Origin: Candidatus Hydrogenedens sp.
GTDB taxonomy: Bacteria; Hydrogenedentota; Hydrogenedentia; Hydrogenedentales; Hydrogenedentaceae
NCBI GenBank assembly: GCA_049968235.1
Contig: JBMFRC010000004.1
Span: 96,001-160,000 of the forward strand
DNA: 64,000 bases
Direction: 5' to 3'
This document shows, one piece after another, positions 50,239 through 60,271 of this stretch. The notes below the pieces were generated by a model that had not been told where the DNA came from, searched no databases, and saw only the letters and a list, made by a program, of their open reading frames with translations. Position 1 is the stretch's first letter. Each line of letters begins with the position of its first letter. The position numbers and the translations under genes are program-made.

Positions 50239-51189
50239 ATGATGCGGGAAAAAGGTTTTACACTAATAGAACTACTGGTAGTTATAGCCATAATTGGAAT
50301 TCTGGCGGCTATTTTGTTGCCTGCATTAGCCAGAGCAAGAGAAGCAGCACGCAGGTCAAGTTGTCAAAATAATCTGAAACAATGGGGACTTATTTTTAAG
50401 ATGTATTCTGGTGAAGCTAAAGGTGAACGGTTCCCCATGATAATTATTAATAGGGAACCTCTTTATGATTGTGAGACATTAACGCCCACAGGAAGTAGTA
50501 ATTATGTCTATGGATTAAATCCTCGTATCTCTACGATTTATCCTGAATATTTGACAGACCCATCTATCCTTGTTTGTCCATCTAACTCAACGGTTTCAGT
50601 ACAAAATCTGAAGAATTCAAAAGGTGAATGGACTATCAATTATGCCTGTGTCAATAGTACAGGGGGATTATTACATTCCGCAGGTATTCGATTAGGTTGT
50701 AGTAGTTATATATATACAGGTTGGGTTTTTGACCGTTGTGAATTGGAAGACCCATATACCTATTTGGCTCCATTCCATGCAGATAGAATAGGAAGTAAAC
50801 AGTTATGGAAAGCCCTTGCTTATACTGCCATGCAAGGTGCTATGGCACATAATTATGCAGTTGCAGATATGGATATATCTGGTCTTTCTCCGGATGGCAA
50901 TGCGGGTGGCGATGTTGTCTATAGACTACGTGAAGGTATTGAGCGATTTTTAATTACGGATATAAACAATCCAGCGGTTAAAGCTCAGGCACAAAGTAGT
51001 GTATGGATAATGTTTGACATCATTGCAATAGGTGATAAAGCAAGTTATTTTAATCATATTCCTGGTGGTTGTAATGTTTTATATTTAGATGGACATGTTG
51101 AATTTATTCGATATGAAGGGAAAGCACCTGTAAATCGATATGTTGCAGAATGTTTAAGTGCAATTCCTTATGCACTCTCATTCCATTAG
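50239..51189 (+). CDS. prepilin-type N-terminal cleavage/methylation domain protein (DUF1559-like, with C-terminal H-X9/10-DG-like motif)
   Basis: [43 protein letters not shown]; C-terminal [13 protein letters not shown]; GGAG RBS upstream. Confidence 0.8.
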   Translation: MMREKGFTLIELLVVIAIIGILAAILLPALARAREAARRSSCQNNLKQWGLIFKMYSGEAKGERFPMIIINREPLYDCETLTPTGSSNYVYGLNPRISTIYPEYLTDPSILVCPSNSTVSVQNLKNSKGEWTINYACVNSTGGLLHSAGIRLGCSSYIYTGWVFDRCELEDPYTYLAPFHADRIGSKQLWKALAYTAMQGAMAHNYAVADMDISGLSPDGNAGGDVVYRLREGIERFLITDINNPAVKAQAQSSVWIMFDIIAIGDKASYFNHIPGGCNVLYLDGHVEFIRYEGKAPVNRYVAECLSAIPYALSFH

Positions 51190-51205
51190 GATTACATAGA
51201 AATTT

Positions 51206-52051
51206 TTAATAAACGGTAATAATATCCTGTACAATAGGTTTGCCGTATTCGACTTCTCCTACTTTAATATGTAGGTTGGGCAAAATGTGAACATCGGCAA
51301 AGCCGTGTGTATGTCCGCATAGAACAAGGAATTGGTGATACATACTACTTATAGCCATTTCTTGAATTACTTCACCAATAGCACCACAGGTATAGTTGGG
51401 TAACCATTTGGCGTCTCCTCTCCTCCCCTGATGCCAGCAGGCTTCTGCAAAAGGGGGGACATGAGTTGCAATGATGATAAATTGAGCCCGATTCATTGCT
51501 TCAGGTAAAGCGCGAGCAATATAATTTGCTGAATCTTTACCTAAAGACTGAATTACCTGTTTAATTTGAGGTCTGTTTAGACCTATGAGTTCTTTAATAA
51601 ATATATAATCGCTCATCTTGGTATCCGAACGGTCAAAATCTCCTAAGCGTGCATCTCCCCATCCATCACAGCCAATAAGAATAGTATTAGGAGTGAGTGA
51701 AACCAATCCCACTTCGGGTAACCAGCGTACTCTCTGCGAATACCGGCTAATTTGTCGCGCCTTTTGTCGAACCTGTTCTATAGAACCGTGATAATAATCA
51801 TGATTTCCCAGAACAAAATATACAGGACAGGTAAAAACTCTATCCATATATAGTAACCATTTATCCACAGTTTCTGCAGTAGATATATCTCCGGTAATGA
51901 CTGCTACAGAGGGTTTTTGTTCTGCCATTTCTTTAATAAAAGAAGCCCCTTGCTCCGGAGAAAGGTGGTCTAAATGAATATCAGTTGCCCATAATAGTTT
52001 TATTGCTTGTTTTTTTTCATCATTTGTTTTATTACTTTTTATTGTTGACAT
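51206..52051 (-). CDS. calcineurin-like metallophosphoesterase
   Basis: Motifs ATDIHLDH, TGDIS, LGNHDYYHG, and a later GHTH. Confidence 0.7.
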   Translation of the reverse strand: MSTIKSNKTNDEKKQAIKLLWATDIHLDHLSPEQGASFIKEMAEQKPSVAVITGDISTAETVDKWLLYMDRVFTCPVYFVLGNHDYYHGSIEQVRQKARQISRYSQRVRWLPEVGLVSLTPNTILIGCDGWGDARLGDFDRSDTKMSDYIFIKELIGLNRPQIKQVIQSLGKDSANYIARALPEAMNRAQFIIIATHVPPFAEACWHQGRRGDAKWLPNYTCGAIGEVIQEMAISSMYHQFLVLCGHTHGFADVHILPNLHIKVGEVEYGKPIVQDIITVY

Positions 52052-52074
52052 ACTGCAATAGTTTTTATATTCGT

Positions 52075-52950
52075 TTAGGTTGTTTCTGCCAATTTTTTGT
52101 CATGTTTAATCCAGATAACACAGGAAATAGAAGTTAATACTATTATCATACCTGATATTAATTCAATGTTAAGTTTTAGTTTGTTGAGGAGAAGTTCAAG
52201 TAATGTAGTAAAAATGACCTGACTTAATCCTGTAATCGAGACCCACTGAGGTTTTCCTGTTCCATAGGCATATGTTAAAAATATCTGTCCCAATGTTCCA
52301 CTTAAACCTATTACCACGAGTAATACTCCATATTTTTCAAGAATTTCTACGAATGCAGGCATATCCGAATTTGAAAGATAGAATATACAAAAGGTTGTCA
52401 TTAAAGCAACTAAACTATAATGGCTGACAACAGTTATGGGGGTAATTAGTCCACAAAAACTTAAACTTACCATTGCAGACCCTGCACAGATTGCCCCTAA
52501 AAATGCTATAAAAATAGGGAAAAAATCACCTTTAAATTGTGGTTTTTCGATTAAATAAATACCTAAAAAAGTAGAAATAACAAATAACCAGAATAAAGAG
52601 GGTACCTTATCAGAAAATAGTATATACATAATGAGTGTAACCCAGATAGGGGTTGTTGCAGAAATTGTTACTGCATCGGTGGCGTTCATTCGTGATAAAG
52701 AATAAAAGGTACAGAGTAATGCGATAGTACCCAAAATACTTCGTAACCATAGGGAAAGTGAGGAAAATATTATTACTTTTTCTTTACGGATAAAAGCGAC
52801 TGTAACAACGAAAATAAATGTGGGAGCAATACGAAAAAAAGCAACGGTAGTCCATGAAAGGTTATTTCCAATCATGCTTCCACAAACAGCCATTATGGCA
52901 AAACAAAAAGCGGAACACAACATATAAAAGTATGGGGATAACAATTTCAT
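52075..52950 (-). CDS. EamA/DMT family transporter (10 TM)
   Basis: 291 aa, two internal 5-TM halves. Confidence 0.65.
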   Translation of the reverse strand: MKLLSPYFYMLCSAFCFAIMAVCGSMIGNNLSWTTVAFFRIAPTFIFVVTVAFIRKEKVIIFSSLSLWLRSILGTIALLCTFYSLSRMNATDAVTISATTPIWVTLIMYILFSDKVPSLFWLFVISTFLGIYLIEKPQFKGDFFPIFIAFLGAICAGSAMVSLSFCGLITPITVVSHYSLVALMTTFCIFYLSNSDMPAFVEILEKYGVLLVVIGLSGTLGQIFLTYAYGTGKPQWVSITGLSQVIFTTLLELLLNKLKLNIELISGMIIVLTSISCVIWIKHDKKLAETT

Positions 52951-53015
52951 CTCTTTTCTGATATATGTTAATATACAACTACATGTTTAATAAGGGTATT
53001 TAAGAGAAAGATAAT

Positions 53016-53930
53016 ATGTGTTACGGTGAGTATATTTCAAAAAATGTTTCTGATTTGTTAGACAAAACTTTCAAAATGTTTTTGATTTTTTGTTTTGTAA
53101 TTCATTCTGGATGTGCGATATTTCATCAGAAAAAGGGGCATTTTACAACAAATCAAGGTATTTCTCTTCATTATGTAGAAAAAGGAGAAGGACAGCCCGT
53201 TATTTTAATTCATGGCATTTTAGCAAATGCTGACATTAACTGGCGATTTCCGGGGATTATTAATAGACTATCTAAAAATTTTTATGTTATTGCTTTTGAT
53301 TTAAGAGGACATGGGAAATCGGACAAACCACAAGGTAAAGAAATGTATGGAATCCAGTTAGTTAATGATGTTTGTAAGATTATGGACCATCTTAATATAG
53401 AAAAAGCACATGTTGTAGGGTATTCTCTTGGAGGATTTATTGCTTTAAAACTTGTAACCTGTTATCCCGAAAGAATTTATTCTGTAACAATTGCAGGGGC
53501 AGGATGGGAGAAATCTACACCGGAGAATTTAGATAGGTTGGAGAAAATATACACAGCAATGCGAAATAATAATGATTGTACTCCCTTGTTTGAACTCGTT
53601 GGTATGAGAAAACGGGGAGTGGAACGGATTTCTGTTGCAATTGGGAATTGGTATTTTCGTAGAACAAATGATCTGGATATTATTGCTGATTTGTTAGAGA
53701 GCACCCCGGATTTGGAGGTGAAAGAAGAGGATTTAAAAAACTGTAATGTACCTATATTGCTTATTGGGGGAACAGCAGACCCCATGTGTAAAACGATACC
53801 TGAATTGAATGATGCCCTACCTAATAGTCAGGTAGTTTGGATAAATAAAGGCACTCATCTCACCACCTTATTTAAAAAAGAATTTGTCAAATCTATTGAG
53901 AATTTTTTAATAAACAATAAACAACCATGA
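53016..53930 (+). CDS. alpha/beta-fold hydrolase (paralogue 1 of a tandem pair), N-terminal signal/TM
   Basis: HG-box ILIHGIL; nucleophile elbow GYSLGG; His near the C-terminus (GTHL). Confidence 0.75.
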   Translation: MCYGEYISKNVSDLLDKTFKMFLIFCFVIHSGCAIFHQKKGHFTTNQGISLHYVEKGEGQPVILIHGILANADINWRFPGIINRLSKNFYVIAFDLRGHGKSDKPQGKEMYGIQLVNDVCKIMDHLNIEKAHVVGYSLGGFIALKLVTCYPERIYSVTIAGAGWEKSTPENLDRLEKIYTAMRNNNDCTPLFELVGMRKRGVERISVAIGNWYFRRTNDLDIIADLLESTPDLEVKEEDLKNCNVPILLIGGTADPMCKTIPELNDALPNSQVVWINKGTHLTTLFKKEFVKSIENFLINNKQP

Positions 53931-54823
53931 GGATGACTCCTATGAATATTCTATTTTTTATTTTGCTTGTTCTAATTGCACTTGTATTGATGTTTTTGGG
54001 TGTAGTTATATTTTTATTAAAATATCGAGTAAGAGGAGATTTCTTTAACTCTAATGGGTGTATGATTCATTATCGTATGGAAGGTAGTGGACCTCCATTA
54101 ATTCTTATTCATGGGTATGCTGTAAATGCGGATATTAACTGGAGATGGAATGGACTTATTCGTAAACTAAAAAAACACTTTACCACAATTTCTTTTGACC
54201 TTCGAGGGCATGGACTAAGTGATAAACCCACGCAACCGGGCAGTTATGGAATTGAAATGGCAAAAGATGTAATCCGACTCATGGATTATCTTAATATTTC
54301 AAAAGCATATATTATGGGTTATTCAATGGGGGGATTTACTACATTGAAACTGGTAACTATGTATCCGGAGCGAATAATTAAGGCTGTAGTAGGTGGGGCA
54401 GGTTTTGAAAAAGTAGATGGAGATAATGTTCGAATTTTAATGGAGTTGGTTGAATCGCTTGAAAAAGGTAAAGGCTATGCTCCCCTTACCAAGGCTTTGG
54501 AACCTGATAGAAAAGACCCGCCTGTATGGAAAACTAAACTGCTCGATTTTGGACTAAATATGTTATCGGATGCTCAGGCTATGGCAAATGTAATGAAACA
54601 GTTTCCTGAAATGGCAGTCTCTGAAGAGCAGTTAAAAAACAATCAAGTCCCTGTCCTTGCAATAGTAGGAACAAATGACCCTTTGAAAGCAGGTGTGATG
54701 GAAATGGAAAAATATTTAAGCAATGCCCGATTTATTTATTTGGAAGGAAGAGACCATATGACTGCGATGACGGGGACAAAATTTTATAACATTGCTCTTG
54801 AATTTTTACAAGAGAGGAAATAA
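53927..54823 (+). CDS. alpha/beta-fold hydrolase (paralogue 2 of a tandem pair), N-terminal TM
   Basis: LILIHGYA; nucleophile elbow GYSMGG; RDHM near the C-terminus; ~45% identical by eye to the upstream paralogue; 4-nt overlap. Confidence 0.75.
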   Translation: MRMTPMNILFFILLVLIALVLMFLGVVIFLLKYRVRGDFFNSNGCMIHYRMEGSGPPLILIHGYAVNADINWRWNGLIRKLKKHFTTISFDLRGHGLSDKPTQPGSYGIEMAKDVIRLMDYLNISKAYIMGYSMGGFTTLKLVTMYPERIIKAVVGGAGFEKVDGDNVRILMELVESLEKGKGYAPLTKALEPDRKDPPVWKTKLLDFGLNMLSDAQAMANVMKQFPEMAVSEEQLKNNQVPVLAIVGTNDPLKAGVMEMEKYLSNARFIYLEGRDHMTAMTGTKFYNIALEFLQERK

Positions 54824-54825
54824 AA

Positions 54826-55569
54826 CTATTTTTTATCAGAGCGTTTTGTAAATATAAAATAAAGGATGGTTTTAAGGATCCGGAAGGAGTCATAAAATTT
54901 GCGGAAATGGGAAGAGCGGTTTTTTTCTTCATAAATGGATGGTATGGGGATAGTTCCTATGTTTCTTTTTTGCTTTAAAGCCAGAAGTAGTATCCATGTT
55001 TCCGTTTCATATCTACCGGGGGGAATTTTTTCAATAATTTCTTGTGCAAATGAACGGGAATACAAACGGAAACCGCATTGTGTATCTGATAAAGGGCATT
55101 TTGCTAATATACGGAGAAGATATTGGGTTATGTAATTACCCAATTTGCTGGGTAAAGGTGTTTTTTCAGGGCTAAGGTCACGCTGTCCAATTATAATATC
55201 CGCTTTATTTTCCTTCCATTTCTCAATAAACAAAGGGAGTAATTCAGGAGCATGTTGGCCATCTGCGTCCATAAAACAAACTATTTCATATTGAGGAAGA
55301 TTTAAAACATGTTTTAATCCTTCGATAATAGCAAATCCTTTCCCTTTATTTACAGGGAAAGAAATAACAGATACAGGCATATTTAATACCGATGCAATGC
55401 AATTATCCGTAGAGCCATCGTCCACAATATAAATGTCTGCCGGAAATATTGTAACCGCTTTAATGACTTTTTCTAATCGGTTACCTGCGTTATAACATGG
55501 AATAATAACGGCTACATTATTTTTTTGTTTCATTGTATATTCTTGATTATATTCTTTGTTAATCTGCAT
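54826..55569 (-). CDS. GT2 family glycosyltransferase, polyprenyl-phosphate sugar synthase (Dpm1/GtrB)-like
   Basis: VAVIIPCYNAG...IYIVDDGSTD...FMDADGQH (DxD) typical of GT2 Dpm1-like enzymes; 247 aa. Confidence 0.75.
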   Translation of the reverse strand: MQINKEYNQEYTMKQKNNVAVIIPCYNAGNRLEKVIKAVTIFPADIYIVDDGSTDNCIASVLNMPVSVISFPVNKGKGFAIIEGLKHVLNLPQYEIVCFMDADGQHAPELLPLFIEKWKENKADIIIGQRDLSPEKTPLPSKLGNYITQYLLRILAKCPLSDTQCGFRLYSRSFAQEIIEKIPPGRYETETWILLLALKQKRNIGTIPIPSIYEEKNRSSHFRKFYDSFRILKTILYFIFTKRSDKK

Positions 55570-55628
55570 AAAGTTTTTCTTTTCATTTATGTTAACTATT
55601 ATAATTAAAATAAAAAAGGAAATGGCTT

Positions 55629-56027
55629 ATGACAATATTATTATCAATAATTACTTTAACGACCTTTACAGCGAATGCCATAGTTGTGGAGAAGGACAAA
55701 CCTATTGATTATGCTTATGCCATGTATGATAATTTTGATATGATTGACGCAAATGGAGATGACTTGATTACCTTACAGGAAGCACAGAGATTGATAGAAG
55801 GACTGGATTTAGAAATATTTCTTTCTTTTGATATAGATGGGAATCAACAACTATCCATGGAAGAATTGCAATCAGCCATAAAACAGTTGAGCACTTGTGG
55901 TTCTCAATTACAACGGGGTTGTTCTTGTGCTGTGAACAGGGTTGAAACATGGATAACTGATTTTATAACTATCCTCTTTTCAATGACTATTCTATTTTTT
56001 ATGAGCTCTTCAAGAAACATCAAATAA
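55629..56027 (+). CDS. secreted/membrane-anchored EF-hand calcium-binding protein (2 EF loops)
   Basis: Signal peptide MTILLSIITLTTFTANA; EF loops DANGDDLITLQE and DIDGNQQLSMEE; C-terminal hydrophobic segment. Confidence 0.55.
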   Translation: MTILLSIITLTTFTANAIVVEKDKPIDYAYAMYDNFDMIDANGDDLITLQEAQRLIEGLDLEIFLSFDIDGNQQLSMEELQSAIKQLSTCGSQLQRGCSCAVNRVETWITDFITILFSMTILFFMSSSRNIK

Positions 56028-57006
56028 ATTTTCGTGAGACTTTATCAATTTCGTCTATTTCTGCCTCAGAGAGGTGGAATTTGAATGTCCCCAGGTTTTG
56101 CATTGCTTGTTCTTTTCGAGTAGCACCGGGAATGGCGACAACGCGTTCCCCGTGAAAAGAAATTAACCAATTCAGAGCAACTTGAGAAGGAGTAGCCCCA
56201 TATCGTTCTGCAATTTTTTTTAATGTATCTATTACAGGTTTTGTTCGTTCAAGACCGGAGGGACGATAAAGGGGAAAATATTTTCGCCATCCTACTCGTG
56301 TTTTAATTAGTGATGGGTTTTCATGGAATTTTCCTGTTAAGAGTCCCTGTTCTAATGGTGAATAAGCAATAATAGTCATTCCTAATTCTTGTGCTGTTTT
56401 TAATATTCCATTTCGTTCAATTCTACGATTTAATAAACTGTAATGGACTTGATTTGAAACAAGAGGAAAACCTAATTTTTCCAGATGTGTGTAGGCACTT
56501 TTCATTTGCCTTGCGGAATAGTTGCTTACACCGGCAGAACGAATAATGCCTGCTTTTAACAAATCTGCCATAACTTCCATTTCTGTTTTTATTGACGAAA
56601 GGGATGTTGGAGAATGAATCTGATAAAGCGAAATTTTATATGGAGCCAGACGTTGAATTTGTTCTTCAATAGAATGGAGCATTCTTTTGGCTCTACGAGC
56701 AACAGGATGCCACTTCGTTGCGATTATTGTTTTTTCGACGGGAGCATTTATTTTTAGAAGTCCCTGAGAAACACATTTTTCGGAGGCACCCCATCCGTAC
56801 ATTTCTGCTGTGTCAAACCAGTTAATACCACCTTCCCAACTCACTTTTATAATCTCATCACTTGGGACTTCTTCAAGTGAGGGCCAGAACTTTCCCGCAA
56901 AGCCAATTCTGTTACTAAACTGCCAGCATCCCAACCCCAAAGGGGTAATTTGAATATCGCTTTCGCCTAATTGACGGAGTTTTATATCCATTTGTTTTTC
57001 CTTCAT
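56020..57006 (-). CDS. aldo/keto reductase family oxidoreductase
   Basis: 328 aa; N-terminal LGESDIQITPLGLGCWQF and overall (alpha/beta)8 AKR pattern, Tas/YghZ-like. Confidence 0.75.
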   Translation of the reverse strand: MKEKQMDIKLRQLGESDIQITPLGLGCWQFSNRIGFAGKFWPSLEEVPSDEIIKVSWEGGINWFDTAEMYGWGASEKCVSQGLLKINAPVEKTIIATKWHPVARRAKRMLHSIEEQIQRLAPYKISLYQIHSPTSLSSIKTEMEVMADLLKAGIIRSAGVSNYSARQMKSAYTHLEKLGFPLVSNQVHYSLLNRRIERNGILKTAQELGMTIIAYSPLEQGLLTGKFHENPSLIKTRVGWRKYFPLYRPSGLERTKPVIDTLKKIAERYGATPSQVALNWLISFHGERVVAIPGATRKEQAMQNLGTFKFHLSEAEIDEIDKVSRKFI

Positions 57007-58121
57007 TGTTGTGTAAGAATCTTTTGAATATCTATTTTTTGAAATACAATTTTTTCATAGGGGCTTTTTTCGCCACATTCAAATAGAATTCCTACTTCAT
57101 TTTCATTTATAGAATAAAGAGAGGAATATGCAGAGGGTCCTTCATACAACATTTTTTGATATTTCCATGTTTTCCCGAAATTGTCACTTATTTTGACTGT
57201 CATTTTTATTCTTTCTTTTTTATCTGCTGGATTTGAAAAAATCAAGTAGTCTCCATTTTTCGATGAATGTTTAATCAAACTTGCCTGGCATACAGGTTCG
57301 ATGAGCGCTAAATCGTAATCTAAATTAGTCCATGATACGCCGCCATCTTCACTCATGGAGGTAGCCCTACATGTATATTCTCTATTGTAATTTCTCATGT
57401 TAATAAGCAACTTATTGTCTGTTAATTCTACAACCTGACATTCATTGGTTTTAATACCTACGGGATTACTATATGACCATGTTTTTCCAGCATCATCTGA
57501 ATAGATAATGTGAGAATACCATTGTTTATCGTTTTTATTTGCATGGTCACAAGGAATAATAAGTCTGTTTTTATATTTATCCCCTGTCATTTGTATTCCT
57601 ATTCCCGGACCTGTAGCATACCAACTCCAGTCGGGATGTTTTGTTGTAGTTGTTATTTCGTCAGGTTTGGTCCATGTCTGTCCATTATCCGTAGAATAAG
57701 CAATAAATACACGGCGAGTATCTTTTGAAACGCCATTAATAATTTCTATTTCATTATCATCCCCCTGATTCCATGTCATCAGCATAATAATATTTCCTGT
57801 AGTTTTATCTATTACGGGGCAGGGGTTTCCGCAGGTATTCTTTTCATCATCCCACAAAAAATATATATTACTCCATGTTTTTCCATCATCTCGGGATAAT
57901 TTATAAATAAGGTCTATATCTCCTGCATCAGATACAGAAGTTTTTCTACCCTCACAGAAGGCAATTAATGTTCCGTCTTGTGCTTTAATTAAAGAAGGTA
58001 TTCTGTAAGTGTTGTATCCTCCTTCACCGGACTGAAAAACTGTGATGGATACTTCTTCTCCCCAAATAGAAAAAGGTAGAATAAATAACATTATCATGGT
58101 TAATTTAAAGATAATCTTCAT
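57003..58121 (-). CDS. GH33 exo-alpha-sialidase / BNR-repeat glycosidase, secreted
   Basis: YRIP motif (GGYNTYRIPSL) plus five Asp-boxes: SRDDGKTW, STDNGQTW, SDDAGKTW, SEDGGVSW, SDNFGKTW. Confidence 0.8.
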   Translation of the reverse strand: MKIIFKLTMIMLFILPFSIWGEEVSITVFQSGEGGYNTYRIPSLIKAQDGTLIAFCEGRKTSVSDAGDIDLIYKLSRDDGKTWSNIYFLWDDEKNTCGNPCPVIDKTTGNIIMLMTWNQGDDNEIEIINGVSKDTRRVFIAYSTDNGQTWTKPDEITTTTKHPDWSWYATGPGIGIQMTGDKYKNRLIIPCDHANKNDKQWYSHIIYSDDAGKTWSYSNPVGIKTNECQVVELTDNKLLINMRNYNREYTCRATSMSEDGGVSWTNLDYDLALIEPVCQASLIKHSSKNGDYLIFSNPADKKERIKMTVKISDNFGKTWKYQKMLYEGPSAYSSLYSINENEVGILFECGEKSPYEKIVFQKIDIQKILTQQ

Positions 58122-58145
58122 GGTGTTTCCTTTTTTTATATAGAC

Positions 58146-58177
58146 ACAAAAAATGGAGATGGTATCCCCATCTCCAT
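58146..58177 (-). terminator. rho-independent terminator hairpin after sugar-isomerase-like gene
   Basis: Minus strand reads atggagatgg-ggata-ccatctccat followed by tttttt; 10-bp perfect stem. Confidence 0.55.
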
Positions 58178-58206
58178 TCTACCTGAATATTGTGAAAGAA
58201 TAAAAC

Positions 58207-59109
58207 TTACTTTTTGGATGATAATTCTTTTGCAACTTCATCAAAATATTTTACACATTGAGAAATTTCAGGAAGAGAATTTTCCCAATTGTATTCGTAT
58301 TCGATTGAGAAAACGCCTTTAAATCCTTTTTGATATAGATATGTTAAGATGGCTTTCATATCTGCCTGTCCTGTGCCCCAGATAGTATCATGGGCTTCTC
58401 TATTGCCAAATTCATTTAAATCTTTAAGATGGAATGAAATAATTCTTTTATCTAAAGATTGAATTGCTTCAAGAGGTTTTATACCGGAACGCATCCAATG
58501 TCCAGTATCCGCACAGGAACCGATATTAAGGCTCACATTTTTTGTAACTTCCAGAACTTTTTTGTAATCCCAGTAAAGGGAAGGTTTGGGATGATTATGT
58601 ATAGCCACTCTTATACCATATTCCTGGGAAAGTTTATCTACTAACGGCATAGCATTGGGAGGCGGTTCGGAAACAATAGTTTCAATACCCATGGCTTTTG
58701 CAAAATCGAATACTTTTCGTGCTTCTGTTTCATCGTTAGGTAATCCTACGACACCATAGTTGACAAGTTTTACATTTGCAGATGCTAATTTTTCTTTTAC
58801 TTTTTGCTGAAGTTCTGGAGAGAGATTATGGTCGAATTTTACATCATCGGTCTCATTTGATAATTTTTGTCCGGGATATGCTTCAATGTAATGAAGCCCA
58901 ATTGACGAAACTTTATCAATGGCTTCAAAGAAGGTAAAACGATTGAAGGAATACGCCTGACATCCGATTTTCCAACCAATAGATTCTGCGTTCGGAGCAC
59001 CCCCTGTGTACAATTCAGTGTCTGCGTGGGAGATTTTTGTCCCTAACAAAACGACAGACATTAGTAATATTAACGATACAAAAAAGGAAAAAACAAAAAT
59101 GTTTTGCAT
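58207..59109 (-). CDS. sugar phosphate isomerase/epimerase (xylose-isomerase-like TIM barrel), signal peptide
   Basis: TIM-barrel AP-endonuclease-2 family pattern with conserved H/E/D positions (...AIHNHPKPS...SFHLKDL...FSIEYEY); start moved to the internal MQNIFVFSFFVSLILLMSVVLLG signal; the ORF track extends to 59193. Confidence 0.6.
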   Translation of the reverse strand: MQNIFVFSFFVSLILLMSVVLLGTKISHADTELYTGGAPNAESIGWKIGCQAYSFNRFTFFEAIDKVSSIGLHYIEAYPGQKLSNETDDVKFDHNLSPELQQKVKEKLASANVKLVNYGVVGLPNDETEARKVFDFAKAMGIETIVSEPPPNAMPLVDKLSQEYGIRVAIHNHPKPSLYWDYKKVLEVTKNVSLNIGSCADTGHWMRSGIKPLEAIQSLDKRIISFHLKDLNEFGNREAHDTIWGTGQADMKAILTYLYQKGFKGVFSIEYEYNWENSLPEISQCVKYFDEVAKELSSKK

Positions 59110-59208
59110 ATACGGACCCTTTCTTCTTATTTGTTTATATCTTATTTGAATAACCGATGGACTATTATGTTTCAAAAAAAAGTAAAAAATCAATTTTGTA
59201 GTTTCACT

Positions 59209-59970
59209 TTATATAGGTCGTTGTTTTTGAGATATAATTCTAACAGAGGCAGAAATCACCCGAAATAACCTGTCCTCTTTTGTATTTTTGTTTTTTTTAT
59301 TTTTTAAATGCTGGTAAACTTTAAATATCATTGTCTTTTCTTGAGGAGTAAGCATTTCTACCTTATTATTCCATACCTTATTCAAGCCAGAAACGAGTAA
59401 ATTTCTCAATTGTAAGTATACAGGTTCTGACCTGATTGTCGTTTCTATTTCTTCATCTGATTTTGGGAAAATAGATTGTTCATATTTTCCGTCTTTTACT
59501 GTTTCTTCTGATGAAGATTTCATACTAATAATTATCTGTGATAGTTCACCCAAACTCAGTTCTCCCCATTTTTCTGCGGTAGTTTCGAGGACTATCTCTG
59601 CTAACCTGTTATCTTTGACCTCTTTTTCATTGAGAAGTTCTTGTTCCTCTTTTGTAAGTGAAATATCAGGAAGTATTGGTTCCTCGGACTTAGAACTTAA
59701 AAGAAGTTCTTGGTATTCTTTTTGCAACTGCTGAAGATTTATGATTCTTCCCTGAAGGATTCTTCGTGTTTCTATGAGTGAATCTTCTAAATGTTCAATA
59801 ATACTCATCCAGCGATCATAATTTTCCGTTTCTTCTTTAAAACGCTGGTCTGCCTTACTAAGCAATTCATTAATTTTTTTTATTGCCTCGTTGTCTTTAT
59901 TAATTAAACCTTTTAGTTTTTCTATTTCATTACTTATTTTGGCTAATATATTTTTTTTGTCTTCTGGCAT
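59209..59970 (-). CDS. hypothetical acidic coiled-coil protein
   Basis: ORF track; Glu/Lys-rich heptad-like sequence; no domain recognised. Confidence 0.4.
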   Translation of the reverse strand: MPEDKKNILAKISNEIEKLKGLINKDNEAIKKINELLSKADQRFKEETENYDRWMSIIEHLEDSLIETRRILQGRIINLQQLQKEYQELLLSSKSEEPILPDISLTKEEQELLNEKEVKDNRLAEIVLETTAEKWGELSLGELSQIIISMKSSSEETVKDGKYEQSIFPKSDEEIETTIRSEPVYLQLRNLLVSGLNKVWNNKVEMLTPQEKTMIFKVYQHLKNKKNKNTKEDRLFRVISASVRIISQKQRPI

Positions 59971-59995
59971 TTACCAGACCTCAATCCTTTTTATA

Positions 59996-60271
59996 TTAAT
60001 AGCGTATCTCAAAATTATTATATTTTTCATCGCCTTCTTCCCATTGGACATCAATTTTAGAGACATAGGCACCTGAGGGACCTTTCCGACACCATGAAAG
60101 CATTTCATCTATCTTTTCACGAGAACCTTCAAAAACAGCCTCTACACTTCCATCGTTTTTATTATGGACCCAACCTGTAATACCTAATTGCAAAGCCTTT
60201 CGATAAGTCGAGTATCTATACCCAACTCCTTGAACAATACCATAAATTACGATGTAAACTCTGGATTTCAC
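59996..60271 (-). CDS. acylphosphatase
   Basis: 91 aa; VQGVGYRYST...GWVHNKNDGSVEAVFEG acylphosphatase signatures. Confidence 0.8.
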   Translation of the reverse strand: MKSRVYIVIYGIVQGVGYRYSTYRKALQLGITGWVHNKNDGSVEAVFEGSREKIDEMLSWCRKGPSGAYVSKIDVQWEEGDEKYNNFEIRY

